From positions 1 to 64,000 of the forward strand of contig MNCI01002402.1 in the NCBI GenBank assembly GCA_015680685.1: a stretch of 64,000 nucleotides of DNA, in the 5' to 3' direction. The position numbers were made by a program, and so were the translations under genes. The notes beneath the pieces are model-generated. The model made no database searches. It was given only the letters and a program-made list of their open reading frames with translations, and was not told where the DNA came from. The stretch's first letter is position 1; each line of letters starts with the position of its first letter. The stretch is from Gnetum montanum. Taxonomy: Eukaryota > Plantae > Gnetophyta. Positions 14,503-28,300 of the stretch are shown one piece after another.

Positions 14503-15375
14503 TGATGAAGTGTCTTTAATTAGCTACATTAACAAGATGCCATTGATGTGACTCTATCAATGGGATCCCATTGATGTAGGGTTTTCCATGTTGACATGTA
14601 CCCATCGATGTGGCACCATAATAGGTCTATACATATGGCATCCTAGTTGTGTTAATGGGGGTTAGAATTTTAGTTGCTAGTGAAATTCTTACAATTTGTT
14701 TTTGTAAGAGATAGAATAATTTTCTAAGTGCCATTAATAGGAGTCAAGGAGAGTACAGATCTTTATTCGAGCACTAATTTACCTGAGCATTGTAGTGTGT
14801 GTGGAAATAAAGATGAGATTTTTAATAAACCTTGCAACACTTGGACTAGCTTAAAGATTTATTCATGCATTTATTGTTTTCATTTATTAATTAATTAATT
14901 AAGATAGAATGATTAAGACTTTAAGTAATTAATTAATTAAGCTAAATAAACTAGCACACACAAGTACAACCACTTCAAGCATACATATAACACTTGGTAA
15001 TCCTAGTAGTACTTAATGCTTGGTTGCTGAGCAATGTTGTATGTGTTTAATATATGTATGGAAAGTCAAACCAAATACTTATGTTAGGATAGTTACTTGT
15101 TAATTAGCAATTAAATTAGTTGAATTAGTTAATCAATTTATTCTCAATCTATTACCAACTTTAGGTGAAAAAAATATAAAATAATAAAAATTATGTTCCT
15201 AAATTGTAGTTGACAAGTGTAATTGGGAAGAAAATGATCATTCCATGATTAGATTCATCTTCTAGATTGAATCCTATGTATGGGAACACTAGAAATCCAC
15301 AAAATGTGACCAAATCACATGTGGATGCCATAGTGATTTGTATGGTTAGGTGTAGGGGTACCTCTTCACTCATTA
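14503..15375 (+). repeat. 3' LTR of element A
   Basis: Follows the PPT; tgatgaagtgtcttt...gtacctcttcactcatta. Confidence 0.9.
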
Positions 15376-16380
15376 GCATCTATGAACAATACCAGTGAGA
15401 GCAATGATAATACTTGGAGTGGATAAATGCAAGCTAGAATCTCTTATGCTCCTATTTATCCTCATTATCTAGACTTTACTCTCATCATTGCGATTAATAG
15501 TTTCAATAAAGAGACATACAATATATTGTATTATCTTCCAATCAATTAGCTTCATCCATGCTTCATGTTGGACTTCTAGGATCTTGTCATGGCCATAGTT
15601 ATGAGGGTTATTGTGTTACTAAAAATATGACTAAACCATTTTACCTAATGGAAGCTTAATTTAGACAAGATACTAGCATGAAGACTAGGCATAAGCATGA
15701 TAATGGCAAGAATGAGCTCCACTTAACATTACCACCACATAAGGAAAATATGGAACATTGATAAGAAATACTAAATCATCATCAATCTAACTATAGACCT
15801 TTTATTTTTTACATTAAAGAACCTAAAAATCTAAGACTATATTCAACTCTAGAAAAAAATCCTTAAAGAAATTAAGTGAATCATAGAATAAGGAATAACT
15901 TAGGCCAAGGATCTTTAGCAAATCAAAAAGAAAAGAATTAAGGAATTGTAGAAGGAAAGAAAGCCAAAAAAACTCTCCCAATCCTTCATTCTCTCCATCA
16001 CACTCATTGAACGGTTCTGATGATGATGAATGTAGGCATGAAGATCAAACTCCACAAAGGGATCAAAATAAAAAATCTAGTAGAAAATAGTAGAAGAGAT
16101 TAAGATAAGCATCTAGGGAGAGGCAAAAATTATGATGAAAATAAAGACATAGAATGAGAACGAAGGCATAAGAGAACATATGATAGAATAAGTAGTAGAT
16201 AAGAAAAAGAAAAAGATGAAGATGAAATCAATAGATAGAGACATGTACAAATATAAAGGAAAAGTTACTATTTTAGAAGAGGTTATTAATTCTAGATTAG
16301 AAGAATATGATAGGTGTAACCTATGTTAATATGAACATCTTAAGGGATGTTTTCCCATCTTGATCCTATTGCTGCAAAAA
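15376..16380 (+). pseudogene. Continuation of the gag remnant of the host element whose LTR is 1578-2529
   Basis: ggtgtaacctatgttaatatgaacatcttaagggatgt (~16313) matches element A gag ggtgtaacatctaccattatgaacatattaagggatgt (~5395). Preceded by an R/D/E/K-rich stretch. Confidence 0.55.
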
Positions 16381-17448
16381 TGTTCCTTCACAAATCTACA
16401 AGAATAGCTCTATAAATCACATGTTTAAGCATATGATTCATAACTATAAATGATATTTGGAATTATATATCCTTCAATGAATCAACTATTATGAAATGGA
16501 GCACAATCCTCCAATCAAATAAAAACATAGCCTATCAAGTATAATTAGAATCAATAGGGAAATCATTAAATAATGATGTGCTTAATCATAAATTCAAGAG
16601 AATGTGGATACTATGTGATAAAATATAAATGATACAAATAAAATTAGAACAAGTAAGAAGTATAAAGTGATTACTAGATAAGAGACTAATATATGAGAAA
16701 GAATTTGGATCTCCCTTCCTAATTAAATAAATAGTATGTACTTAATAAAATAATAGACTTGACCTCCTAGGGAGGGCTAAGAGTTACAATAAAGATGTTA
16801 CAAAGTAAAAATAATAATTAGAACTTAGTTTATAAGCCAAAAGAGGGTTTAAAGTATGGATTTTAACCTCTTACAAGCATCCATTATCAAAAAATCTAAG
16901 CTTATAGTTGGGGCATCCCGTTTACTTAGATGCCCCAACAATCTAAGTATGGATTTACAAGCAATGGCTAGGAAACAGCTAGTTGGGGCATCCCGTTTGA
17001 GTTTTAAAAATCTCATTGAAAATTTGCCACTTGCAAGTGGGATGTCCCACTGAAAGTTGGAACGTCACACTTGGGATGTCCTAGTTGGAACATCTTAATA
17101 GAAATTGGAATTTTTTCTATTTTTGTGGGATTTTTGACTTGAGATTGAGCTTTCATCTCTAGGACATCTACTAATCTCTTAGGATGTCTAGGTAGATATT
17201 AGAACATTTTCATTTGGTTTTTAGACTTCATGCATTCTTGGCATCTTATAGTCTCAATTGGAACTTTGGTAATGCAAATCTCATCTTGATCTCTCAACTT
17301 GATCTTGTTTTGATCTCATAAACTTGATTTTCTCTTATCCTAATCTCATAGAGTCCTTGTCTTATTCTTTCTTAGTTCTGTAATATCTTACATGCACATT
17401 TTCAACATTCTTCATTTTCCAAGGTTTTGACATTCTAAAAGGTCAACA
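16381..17448 (-). repeat. Probable 3' LTR of the minus-strand Tat-like element
   Basis: On the minus strand it reads tgttgacc...aaggaaca and is preceded by purine tract atagggaaaaat. Contains an array of ggcatccc/ggatgtccc/ggacatc motifs at ~16910-17190. Confidence 0.5.
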
Positions 17449-20400
17449 ATTTTTCCCTATCATCCAATTGTTTAAGTTTGCAAGGAAAGAAGGCATATCT
17501 AATTTGACTGGTAACATTACTTCAGATCCATAATTTAATAGGAATTAGGTTTACCTAATTGCATTTTGAGTAGATAACTATGCTAATTTTTCTAAGGTTG
17601 GTTAACCATGGTCTTAGGTAAACAAATGAAGGGTTTTTTTATGAAATTAGCTTGACCATTGGATTGGGGATAATTTGAAGATGAGAATTATTAGGTGATT
17701 TAATACCAATCATAAAACTTGGTAACTTCTTTACTCTTGAAATAAGTTCCATTATCAGTTATAATGTGGAAGTGAATACGAAATTCAATGATGATATGAT
17801 CCAAGATGAAATGAAAAATATACTTAGGTGTAGTATATTTTAAGGGAAAAAATTCAACCTACTTCATAAGATAATTTGTAGATATAAAAAAATTGATAAC
17901 CTATAGAAGGTGGAAAGTTGATTGAGCCTATGAGATGCAAACCTCATTTCTAGAAATACCATATGATTTCCAAAGTTCCAAGCTCTTGGAATGATACATA
18001 GATAAGTGGACCAGGATGTTGATATATATTACAAATTCTTACTATTATATGCATATCACTAGACATTATAAGTCACTAGTAACTTAGACAAATAATGCAA
18101 GATATTAGAGACCATGATCTTAAGTGACCTTCATATACATTAAAATGTAGGTATTCTAAAATCATTTAGACCTTGTTATGACTTATGCAATATAGAAGAA
18201 TGTCTAGTGTAGAAATGCAACATAACATATTAATATTAATAATATCAAAATTCATAAAGCATTTATAAGGAGCATTTTTTTGCAGATGAAGATAGGTATT
18301 TAAGAGTCTCTCCTTTCTAATGGTATTATATTAGATCTCATTATTATCTGTCTTCTTTAAGTTAACTAAGTTAGTGTGTTATTTGTCTATAAAAGTGATT
18401 ACTATATCTTATCTAGAGAGAGATAAAAGATCTTTAACAAAAATATGATTTGCAAGAAGAGTGAAGGTGGCCAAAACATTTGCAAGCATGTTTTTGAAGT
18501 GATGAATATGCATTAGGAAGCATTTGTTAAATTGTAACATAAGTTTCTTAGCTAAATCAAGATAGGACTGAAGATGTTTAGCTTTGTAACCATACTCATT
18601 GTTAACCTTGTTCATTACTAGTTGGAAATCACCTCGAATCAAAATCCTCCTAATTCCTAATTACATGCTATGAGTAATTCTTAAATAAGGCCTTCATATT
18701 TGACTATGTTATTCATATAAGAAAAATCAAATTTATAAGTTTGATAAATGAGATCATTACATTTATGATTAAGGACATAAGCCACACTAGATCCTTGATC
18801 TATGTAAACACCATCAAAATACAAGTGTGAATCAAAATCCTATTATGTTATATTCGATTATATTCAAGTGGGTTGAATTCAATTATATTCGATTCCTTGA
18901 GAGGAGGTTGAATGGTTTTAGTAGATGGTTCTTATAACAGGTCTGAATTAAGAAGGTTTAATATGGTTTGACCCTTGATTGAATGTTATGAAAGATAGGA
19001 TAGATCAAAATCTATGAGATGAATTTTCCATTTAGTCATGTGGTTGTTATCATTCAAGTTAGAAGTAATTAACTGTAAGATATTATTATGACACATGACA
19101 TTAACTTTTATCACTAGTAGATAGTGTCTACATTTCTTATGAGTAAAGATAAAGCTTAAGTAAGAATTTTCCTTATTCCAATATCATGTTTTATAGTCTA
19201 AGAATAGATAATAGGTATATTAAATAGGAAGGTCTACACTATCTTCAAACCATCGGAAAAGCATAGCTCTAAGAGAATTCTTAGATATGGAGAAATAAAG
19301 ATAGAATGAAAGGCCAAATTGAAGAGGATGAAAGATATGAAAGTTAGTAAGAATATGCTTAATTATATGTAAAGCCTATTAACACTTCAATTCCTAGTTA
19401 AAAGTGGTTGATTTTTAAGGAGATGGAAGAAAGGATTGAATTAATCAGTAAAGTTGCATATGAAATAGCTAATATATTGGAGAAGATCCTACAAGATCCA
19501 TATGTCTTTAAGGAACTTAGATGGAGAAATTTCTAGGATAATTTTTAATTTGTCTCTAAGAAAAAAATACACTTCTTGAGGGTTAGACAAAGATTGTATT
19601 AGTTGCATTAGGTTAAGACAAAATCAACACTAGTAGGATAATTGAATGCTATGAAATATTTGATAATTAGACCATCACATAATCATTAATGATTTTAAAC
19701 ATCATATCACTAAAGATGAATGTCATGGCTAGTTGATATGTGGCATTAGCATTCTTAAGATTGAAAGGCATCTTAGTGTAACATAATGTTCTCCATGAAG
19801 TCATGAAAGTTATAAAATGTTGGTGCTTAGTGTTAATTTGTAGTTAATTGTAATTTGAAATACCATCCATGAAGATAATAAAGCATTTCCAACCATTGTA
19901 TCTATAAGTTAATAGATTCTAATCAATGAGAAGTCATCTTTAAGTATAATGTTACTGAGATCTAGAAAATCTATGCATATCCTAATGGCTTCATTTTTGT
20001 GTAATAACGACCATGTTGTACACTCCATCTAAATAATATGTGAGATGCATCAAGAATATGTTATAAAGTTTGATGATCTCATCCTTAATTGCTAAGGCTA
20101 AGTTAGATTTTATCTTTCTAGCTTTTTGTCTAATCAATTTAGAACCTTCCTTAAGAGTGACATTGTATTGGACTAAGAATGGGTTCAAACATGACATATC
20201 CTCATATCCCTAGGTAAAGATGATACAATTCTTTTGTAACATGAATAAGATGAATGTATTAAGGCTTTTAGAAGGGGCTACCCCCAAATGTAGAATTTTG
20301 TTTAGATTATTATGATTGTTGATAGTTAGCTCAATGAAGGGATCATTGGTTAATATTGGCTTTTGATCTAAACAAGAAAAGTTAGATTGAGAAATATTAT

Positions 20401-22600
20401 CTTCCTTGGTTATTTCAAGAAAGGATATTAGTTATTTTATGAGATTAGATAAATATAGGTTAATTAATCTCTCATTAAATGACCTAACAAAATGGCAATG
20501 GGGCCCATCCAAGAAAAGTGGGGTCCATAACCTATAATAGATTATGGTGAGATCAATAAATTTTAAATTTAATGAATTAGTAATAATAAAAATTATTTTT
20601 TAAATGATTTTTGAGGTTAATTTAAGAGTTAAAGATAAGATAGAGTGAATGGAAAGGATATTGAGCTGATTCAAGTTTTAAACCACTTCATTTCATGCGT
20701 ACATTTCAATGATGCAAATAAGTGATATGGGCTAATGACACGATGGTGTTGACATTGGTGTCAATATCATGAAGCATCATGTTGCATGACATGCATGATA
20801 TGAAAGGTCAATGACACATCCTAGGCAGGTCATTTGACATACACATGTTAGTCTGATTCCTCTTTGATGCTTTTAAGCTTGGACATTGAAGCACATTTGA
20901 AGATGATGATGCATGACAAGAGCATGAGATGCACAAATGTAGAAGAAAAAAGATTTGGACCTCTAGCAGAATGTAAGTAAAGAACATGATGGATATGAGG
21001 GTGATGTTACCAAAGAAGTAGCCAGTATATTGCGAGTTGAGATAAGTATTCTCTACCTTGTCTTACACTTTTATCTTTTGAGGCTATCACTACTCACTAA
21101 TGTGGGGAAGGATTTGAGGCATAGAGCATAGGGATTACATTAAGAATTGTAAGTAAGGGTTTAGAATGGTAGTGTTAATTATGGTGGAAATGTCCATGAT
21201 GGAGGGTGGATGTAGAGAAGGGCACATGATGATAATGTGGGTTAGAGAGGATATTGTGATGCATGGTTGCGTACAAGAGGTAAGGGTTAATAGAAAGGGT
21301 AGCAATCATTTAAGGTTAATACACATTGGTGATGCATGGGAAATACATGATGTTAGAAAAAAGAATGATAGTGGATCACACAATGTACTAGAAGCACATT
21401 AGTAGTAGGAGGTGTCATGGGCTAGAAGGGCTAAGAATGTTCAATGTGCAATGGTGGGTGGTGACATTAAGAGCAAGGAAAACTACCTTATGATGCACTA
21501 AAGTCAAGATGTGATTTTATAGGGCTAGCTTAACTCAAGTGTGGGCTGGCATGACCCTCTCCAAGGCTAGCATGATCAACATAGCCATCATGACCCTACA
21601 TAGACCCACATAACCTATGCAAGTTGGCAAGGTACAACATGGTAAATATTACTTGTGTATGACAACTTAGTCTTGGAGTTAGGGTTCTTATAGGGATGAT
21701 GGTATGCATGCATGCAAAGGAGATATTGATGATAGGTAATGATAGAAAGTATGATGGATAGCATCATCGATGGTAACATGTATGCATTATGGCATGGGCA
21801 CATGTGGGGATGCAACAAACAAGAAACATTATACAGATAGAAAATATTGATAATGGTGGCACACATAGAGGGCATAGGGTTTGACCAAAGGAAAAGAAGT
21901 ATGGTTTAAAATGGTGTTTGATGGGGATATGCAAGAGTGGTAGTGAGGAGGGACCACAAGGTAGAGCTCTTCATGTGTGCAAATTGGTGGCTAGGATAGG
22001 GTTTTAGGGGCTTTCATAGCCCAAATGCAAGGTAGCATGGCCTATGTGTGGGCATGCAACCCAACACTATCATATATTTTTTTATTTAAATATTTTAATT
22101 AATAAATAATAATAATTTTTTATATTTTAATAGTTTTACTTTTAAATTATATGAAAATTTAATCTTGGATCCTAGGGCCATGGTAGAGATAGTAGGAGAT
22201 ATGCACTACATGTGCCCCCTACCTAGAGTATGACAAGGAGTGGTTAATGGTTAAAACTTTCCAAGGATTATAGTGATGCTAACATTAATATCACTTGCAT
22301 GGACTGGGAGAATAAAAATTCTAGCTAACTCTTAGATGGTGAGACTAACATTTGGTGATGCTAACATCAACATTGCTTGCATGCTCCTAGTATTATGTAG
22401 CTATGTTCAAATTTCTAGGTTGAAGTTAAAAGAAATTTGAGTTTGTTGGAATGGGTGATTTTTTTTGCACATTTATCAAGAAGTTTCATCTTATAGCCAG
22501 GTTTTAAGATCATCACTAGGCCCTTATTCTTCATACTTCACTATTTAGAACAAGTGATGCTGATCACATCATCTATCCTAAATTAGTTGTTTTGGGCCCC
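17449..22600 (-). mobile_element. Tat/Ogre-type Ty3/gypsy gag-pol remnant with additional RNase H (aRH) between RH and integrase
   Basis: ORF 19991-20197 (..LKEGSKLIRQKARK..LALAIKDEIIKL) is the Tat-type RT N-terminus. ORF 18409-18642 (IRGDFQLVMNKVNNEY..HIHHFKNMLANVLA) matches the aRH motif GDSQLV..N..AD.LA. Integrase SSNYPQSNGQA at ~17650-17685. Pro/His-rich gag-like tract at 21150-21950. No 5' LTR seen. Confidence 0.8.
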
Positions 22601-24219
22601 CAGAAATGAAGAAAAAAATGTGTTCATCATATATTTTACATTTTTCAAGGGAAATGGTTATTTTCAAGGCTTGATTCAATGAATAAACCTTATTAATGGT
22701 TCATGATCTTAGATGAATTATAATCTAATATACACATGGGAATTGTACTTTTGTTGGTTGTGTAGGTTATATGTTTGATCTGCATGATATCCTAGGTAGA
22801 TTGAATGGACATTGATATTTGTTTAGTATGTAGATTAGTGTTTTTAATTTTGATTAATTAATTTTAGTTTTATTCTATATTTTGAGTTTTATCTATTAAA
22901 TGCTAATTATTATGATCTTTAAATCATGTGCATAAATGACTTGAGGTTAAAGCTAGAAGTTATTAATCCCATGTATTTTCTAATTTCTGATGTAAGTCCA
23001 ACAATTATTAGTAAGCCAAAGAGTATCAAGGTAGTCCCTATTATGAATGAACACTCAATCCACCCCACATAGATATGGGTGAGGCTTGGGATATAAAGGT
23101 TCATAGATGTTTTGTGTAAAGAATTTCCACATACTTATATGGACCTTGCTTCCATTGAGGATAGTATCACATGCTTTAGAGGGTATCAACCTAGGGATTA
23201 ATTCATAGTTGCTAGAATGTGTGATTCAAGAGAGTTTGGATGTTGATATTATGGTTGATGAGGATGGGGTGACAAGGGAGATCTAGAAAAAGAAGCTATA
23301 TTAGCTATGGAGAGACTAAACATACAAAAGGTTCAACACTGACATCATGCTATTGTTAGATCAACTATACATAGAAAGTCTCTTCAATCTAGTTGGTACT
23401 AATATTATAGTCTCCAAGTAAGTTGATATTTTGATATGTTATACTTTAATTTTTAAGTTCTAGGTGTTAATTAATGAGTAAACTATTTGTTGATGCTGTG
23501 TGTCTCTTATTTTGTTTTAATTTCAAAGATTCTAATATAGTAGCTTTATACTTAGAGAGGCTTGAGAATTATTGTTACAACAATAGCCACTTTCATGGAA
23601 CATCAAAGGACTTGAATTATTAGGCTTACTTCTTTTCAAAATATCCTACAATTTCTAAATTAAAGATCAATGCACCCACATGATATGGTTGAGTTAAGAT
23701 TTATTACACCATATTTATGTGTGAAAAATGAGCCCTAAGATAAAGTAAGTTTCAGAGGAAACTTTGTTTATTTTTTTTTGTTTTTGCAAAAATGCTAAAA
23801 GGATTAGATTCATTTCAATTTTGTTTTCCTTTTAGAATGGAAGTTTTTAAGAACAAACTACTCAAAATATTTTTATTTGTTAATCATTAAGCTGATTAAG
23901 TCTCATTAAGTTTAAAGAACTAGGGTTTTGAATTAAATATAACATTGCACAAGATAGCTGAAGTAGTCCTCAAAGGTAGAACTTGAGTGAGTTGAACCTA
24001 TCCTAAGGGAACATTCTTTAAGTTATTGGAGTTAAGACCATCACAAATGCATTCATAAAGCTTAAAGGTTAGTTTCATCTCAATGTGAGATCAACATCAG
24101 GGTGAATGGTTGAGTGTAGAAAGAAATGAGACTTATCATTTTAGGAAAAGGGCTTTATCCAAAGCTAACTTAATTCTTCCACATAATTTTGAGTAGGTAG
24201 AATGAGATCATAAAACAAA

Positions 24220-26045
24220 AAATTAACACTATGAAGGGTCTCCAAAATCATTTTACAAACCATGAGCAACCAAATTGATTATAGGAAAAAGGAATCACTA
24301 AGTACTATTTCAACATTAGCTTGTAGAGGAAGCTCACAGAACCAAAATGTAGCTCTATAAAATAGTTCTACTTCAATTAGCTTCATAGGATTAAAACATA
24401 AGGATTTAGATAAAGTTCAAAATAAAATTTATGTATAAATCCCATATGGAATATAGGGTGCAAAATAGAAGTTTGTTTAAAGAATCTATGTTTTCATCAT
24501 AATTGGCCTTAAAATGGAAGTGAGCTTTGTCAAATAAAATCTTATAGTAATCCCTCATCCACATCATACTTTTATGATGGATATATTCATAGAAACAAAA
24601 TTTAGCTCTACAAAAAAGAAAAACAAAAAATGGTTCTAGATGCCATAACATTATTTAAGTAAAGATCTCAAAATGAAGCATTGTTCATAGAACCAAATTT
24701 GATTCTACTAACAAAACACAAATAGTTCTATCAAGATAGCTCTATTAAGATAGGAGGATTTATGAAACCAAAATATGGATCTACAAAAGGGCTCTATGAA
24801 CAAAAATATATGCTGAAAGATCTTAAGAGATACTAAATACTTACTTCCACCTTAGCAAGTTAGCTATAGAACTAAAGTTTGGTTTTGCAAAGAACACCAA
24901 AATTATTCTATAGGTAATGTCATCATGGATTGTGAAAACAAGCTTTTATGTAGAACCAAAATCGAACCCTAGAAGTAATCTCATTTTTACCTTTGCTAAG
25001 TTAACATTCAAAACTACACCATGTTTCATAAAGAGGAAATTTGAATTACCTAATCCTTAGAACCAAAATTTGATTTCATGAAAAATTTTTCAAACTGGAT
25101 TTACTACATCAACTCTAGAAAAATCAAATACTTTGTAAATTTGAGATTGATTCCTAAAGAAAGCTTTTAGAAGAATCTTTGCCACATCAACTTTCACAAA
25201 GTATAAGTTCATAGAAGCAAAAAGTAGTTCTATAGATAGCTAAATTATTTCTAAAAGATGCATCAAAAGCTTTGAAAAGACATTTAATCCTCATTAGCTC
25301 TTTTGTACAATGAATGTGTTGAGTCAAAATTAGGCTCTATAGAGGAAATCTAAAATAGTTCTATGAGCCATGTCATCCTTGGAAAAGAGTATCACTTGTA
25401 GAACTAAAATTTGGTTCTACAAGTGAGTGCATAATTGGTTTTACCAAATTAGCTGCATTGTAGAACTAATCTATAGAACTAAAACTCAACACTATGAACA
25501 TGCTTAGAATCTATTCTACAACCATGTCAACTTTAGGATATCAATGAATTCGTTGAATCAAGAGAGTAAATTCTAAAAGATGAATCCCAAGAAAACTCTT
25601 CCATGTTAGCTTCCATATAATGTTAGCTCATAGAACCAAAAATGAGTTGTACAAAGTAAAGCCAAACTAGTTCTACAAGCCACATCAAGATGAACAAAGA
25701 TCATCTTAGAATCATCAAGGATTAAATGCTTAATTTACTTACATGTGCCTTATATTTTAATATATCTTAGCACATTATAGAGCCAAATAATGCAATATGG
25801 CTTATAGAATTGAAATCATGTTCTATGAAAAGTTCTATAATGAATCTTTTACATTAGCTCTATTGTGGAATGAAAATGAAAAATCAAATATTAACCCTAA
25901 AAGTAATCTCAAAAGAGATTCTACAAGCTAACATCAACACAGAAGGACTTAAAAAGGAAATTATAAGTAGTGTCACACATTAGCTCTAATTGTAAAAGCG
26001 AGAATTTTTAGAATCTAAAATTCTTATATAGGTAAATTCTATAAG
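24220..26045. repeat. Degenerate array of ~25 bp palindromes, consensus about TGTAGAACCAAAATTTGGTTCTACA
   Basis: Best copy 25397-25421 (tgtagaactaaaatttggttctaca). Other copies at ~24336, 24588, 24686, 24761, 24865, 24949, 25056, 25210, 25472, 25629, 25803, irregularly spaced. Confidence 0.8.
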
Positions 26046-28300
26046 CTTTAAAACTTTTTGCACATGAATATAGGTAGAATAAAAATGGATGTCTTCAAAT
26101 AGTCAGAGTATTTATATAAATTAAGCCCTATATATGCAAAAATAGGAGCTAGGCTGATGGGAACAATGTATCAAAAATAGAAGCTAGGTTTTTAATAAAG
26201 ATTAGCAAAGTATCCCAATAAAGATTAGCAAAGTATCAAAAATATATTCAATTAGCCTATCTAAAAGCAAGGGAATTAAAGAAAAAAGCTTTAAGAATTA
26301 ACAAGTAAAATCAAATTAGATTTCAAATGCGTAGCTATTAATAGTCAGACCTAAGTATTGAAGAGGAGCTACCATTGAAGTGTAGAGGAGCATTTCTAAA
26401 TTTTCTTAGAAATCCTTTAAAGATTAGCCAAAATGTCTCACAAGGAAAAAGAAGAGATGCCTCAAAATTTTTAGGGTGTTAATACTTTTCCCTTCTTGGA
26501 GTACTTACAACAATTTAACCTACACATGTATTTTCTTCAACAATGGGTTAATGTTGTGCAACTAGAATTAGAAGTGGAAGAAGCAGATTTATTTAGCTTT
26601 GATGATGACCATGATTTAATAAAGAAATTAGGTCTTCAATTTTTAGAATCAATGGAGAAATGGTAAGAGATATATGAGAAGATAGGGCTCCATCATCCTG
26701 GCTTCATGCCTAGGGAAAATAACATCAAAGATTCCCTAAATCACTTGATAGTATAAATTGTATATGAGAAAGATAGGCTTTGATTCAAGAGAAACATATA
26801 ACACTATATTGATATTAGTGCTAGAAAGGCATACGATCTCTATGGGATCATAGAGCTAGCTATTACAAAGATAAAAGCTTGACAATTTAATGAGAAAGTG
26901 TTGGGTGGCAAATTCTGGAACCATCTTAAATCTGGAAGAACCATCAAGCTCCCACTAGCTAATCTATAAAAGGCTTGAGGATATAGAAATATCATTTTGA
27001 AGGCTTTAGAGATCAAGTTCCCTTATCGAAGTTTCATTTCAACATTAAATTTTTGTTTAGGCTATGAAATTAATTTGGTTTCTAATTATCATGTTTGGGC
27101 CTACATGGCCTTAGAAAATAAGAAGAATTTCTTTCTAGTACAATATATGAATGATGTGTTACAACATAGCCTACCAAAATTCAGGAACAAGGGGTTTGGT
27201 TAATTCTCAATTCATTTTTGTTAGATAATTTACTAATTGAGGTTCCTAAGTTTTAGAGGATAGCCCCAATTTTTATTGATTCTGATCTAGAAGATCCTTG
27301 TTATGATTTCTTCCCAATTGTTTACCAAAGAAGCTATTTGTAATGCACAAGTCTTAAAATTTTTAATAAACCTTATTTATCCTCATTTCATAAAGTTAAT
27401 TTTAGAANTACCCTTAAATTTACCTTTTGGAAGTTTATTAACTCAGGGCATTTAAGGGCAATGGACAAAAGATATAAGAGTAATGTACTTTTCCTTTAGC
27501 TCCCAAGAGAATATACTCAACTGCTAAGACCAGAAAGGTCCATTAGTCAAATGAAACAAACATAGTCTATTTTAAGATAACTAACAAATAGGTAATTCAA
27601 GCCAAGGATGAAGCTCTATCATAGCTAGAGTAAAGTCTATGAATGAAGATTTTAGCTATAGCTTGTGATGTTGCAGTCATTGAAGTTTGTAGGTGGATTA
27701 AGGAAAAAAATCATCCTTTGATAAGAGACATCTCCAAAGAATACTTAGCTTGTATGGAAGAAAATTATTTCTTTTGGAAGCTATTGGATCTATAGGAAGC
27801 AATGACAAATGAAATATTTCTCCTTGAAGGAGTTGAATATGTAAGAGTGAAGGCCATGGGGAAAATGAAGATTGAGCAAACAAAGCTCAAAACAAGGAGC
27901 TACAACAACAAAAATATTTAGAACAACAAATATTAAAGAGTAATAGTAGTAGTAGTAGTAATAACATCATCAACAAAAAGAGGGAGAAATTTCATCCTTA
28001 GTGTTCGATTTTCCATTAAAACACTTGATGAAATGAGTTGCCTAGTCTTTCAAAGTTACAGAAAAAGGAGGGCATATTATCCTAAGCTAGAAACTCCTCA
28101 TTGAACTAGAAACAAAGACTAGTTTCTTCTTCCAATATAAAGAATATGATCCATAGATTGAAAGATAAAAAGCTAGTGATGTCTCATCAAGACATGTTAG
28201 ATATCATAGCAACTTTGATTAAAGATATGGATAAAATAGCTAATAGTTAAATAACTATGCTAAAGAAGTTCCTTATCTAAAATGAATAAGAGACATCTAT

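Larger units (their letters stand above)
2636..15375 (+). mobile_element. Full-length, decayed Athila-like Ty3/gypsy LTR retrotransposon (element A): gag-pol plus extra 3' ORF
   Basis: Paired LTRs 2636-3525 and 14503-15375, degenerate tRNA-Asp PBS, PPT (cattggggta) before 14503, domain order PR-RT-RH-INT. Flanks gaatt/gcatc match 3/5, a possible decayed TSD. Confidence 0.9.

Noticed and set aside
22600-23700. Possible DNA-transposon (hAT-like) 3' remnant
   Set aside because: Only a vague acidic coding-like stretch; no convincing transposase motif or terminal inverted repeat found by eye.
24220-26045. CRISPR-like appearance of palindromic repeats with spacers
   Set aside because: Eukaryotic TE context, repeats highly degenerate, spacer lengths irregular and partly repeated, no cas genes.
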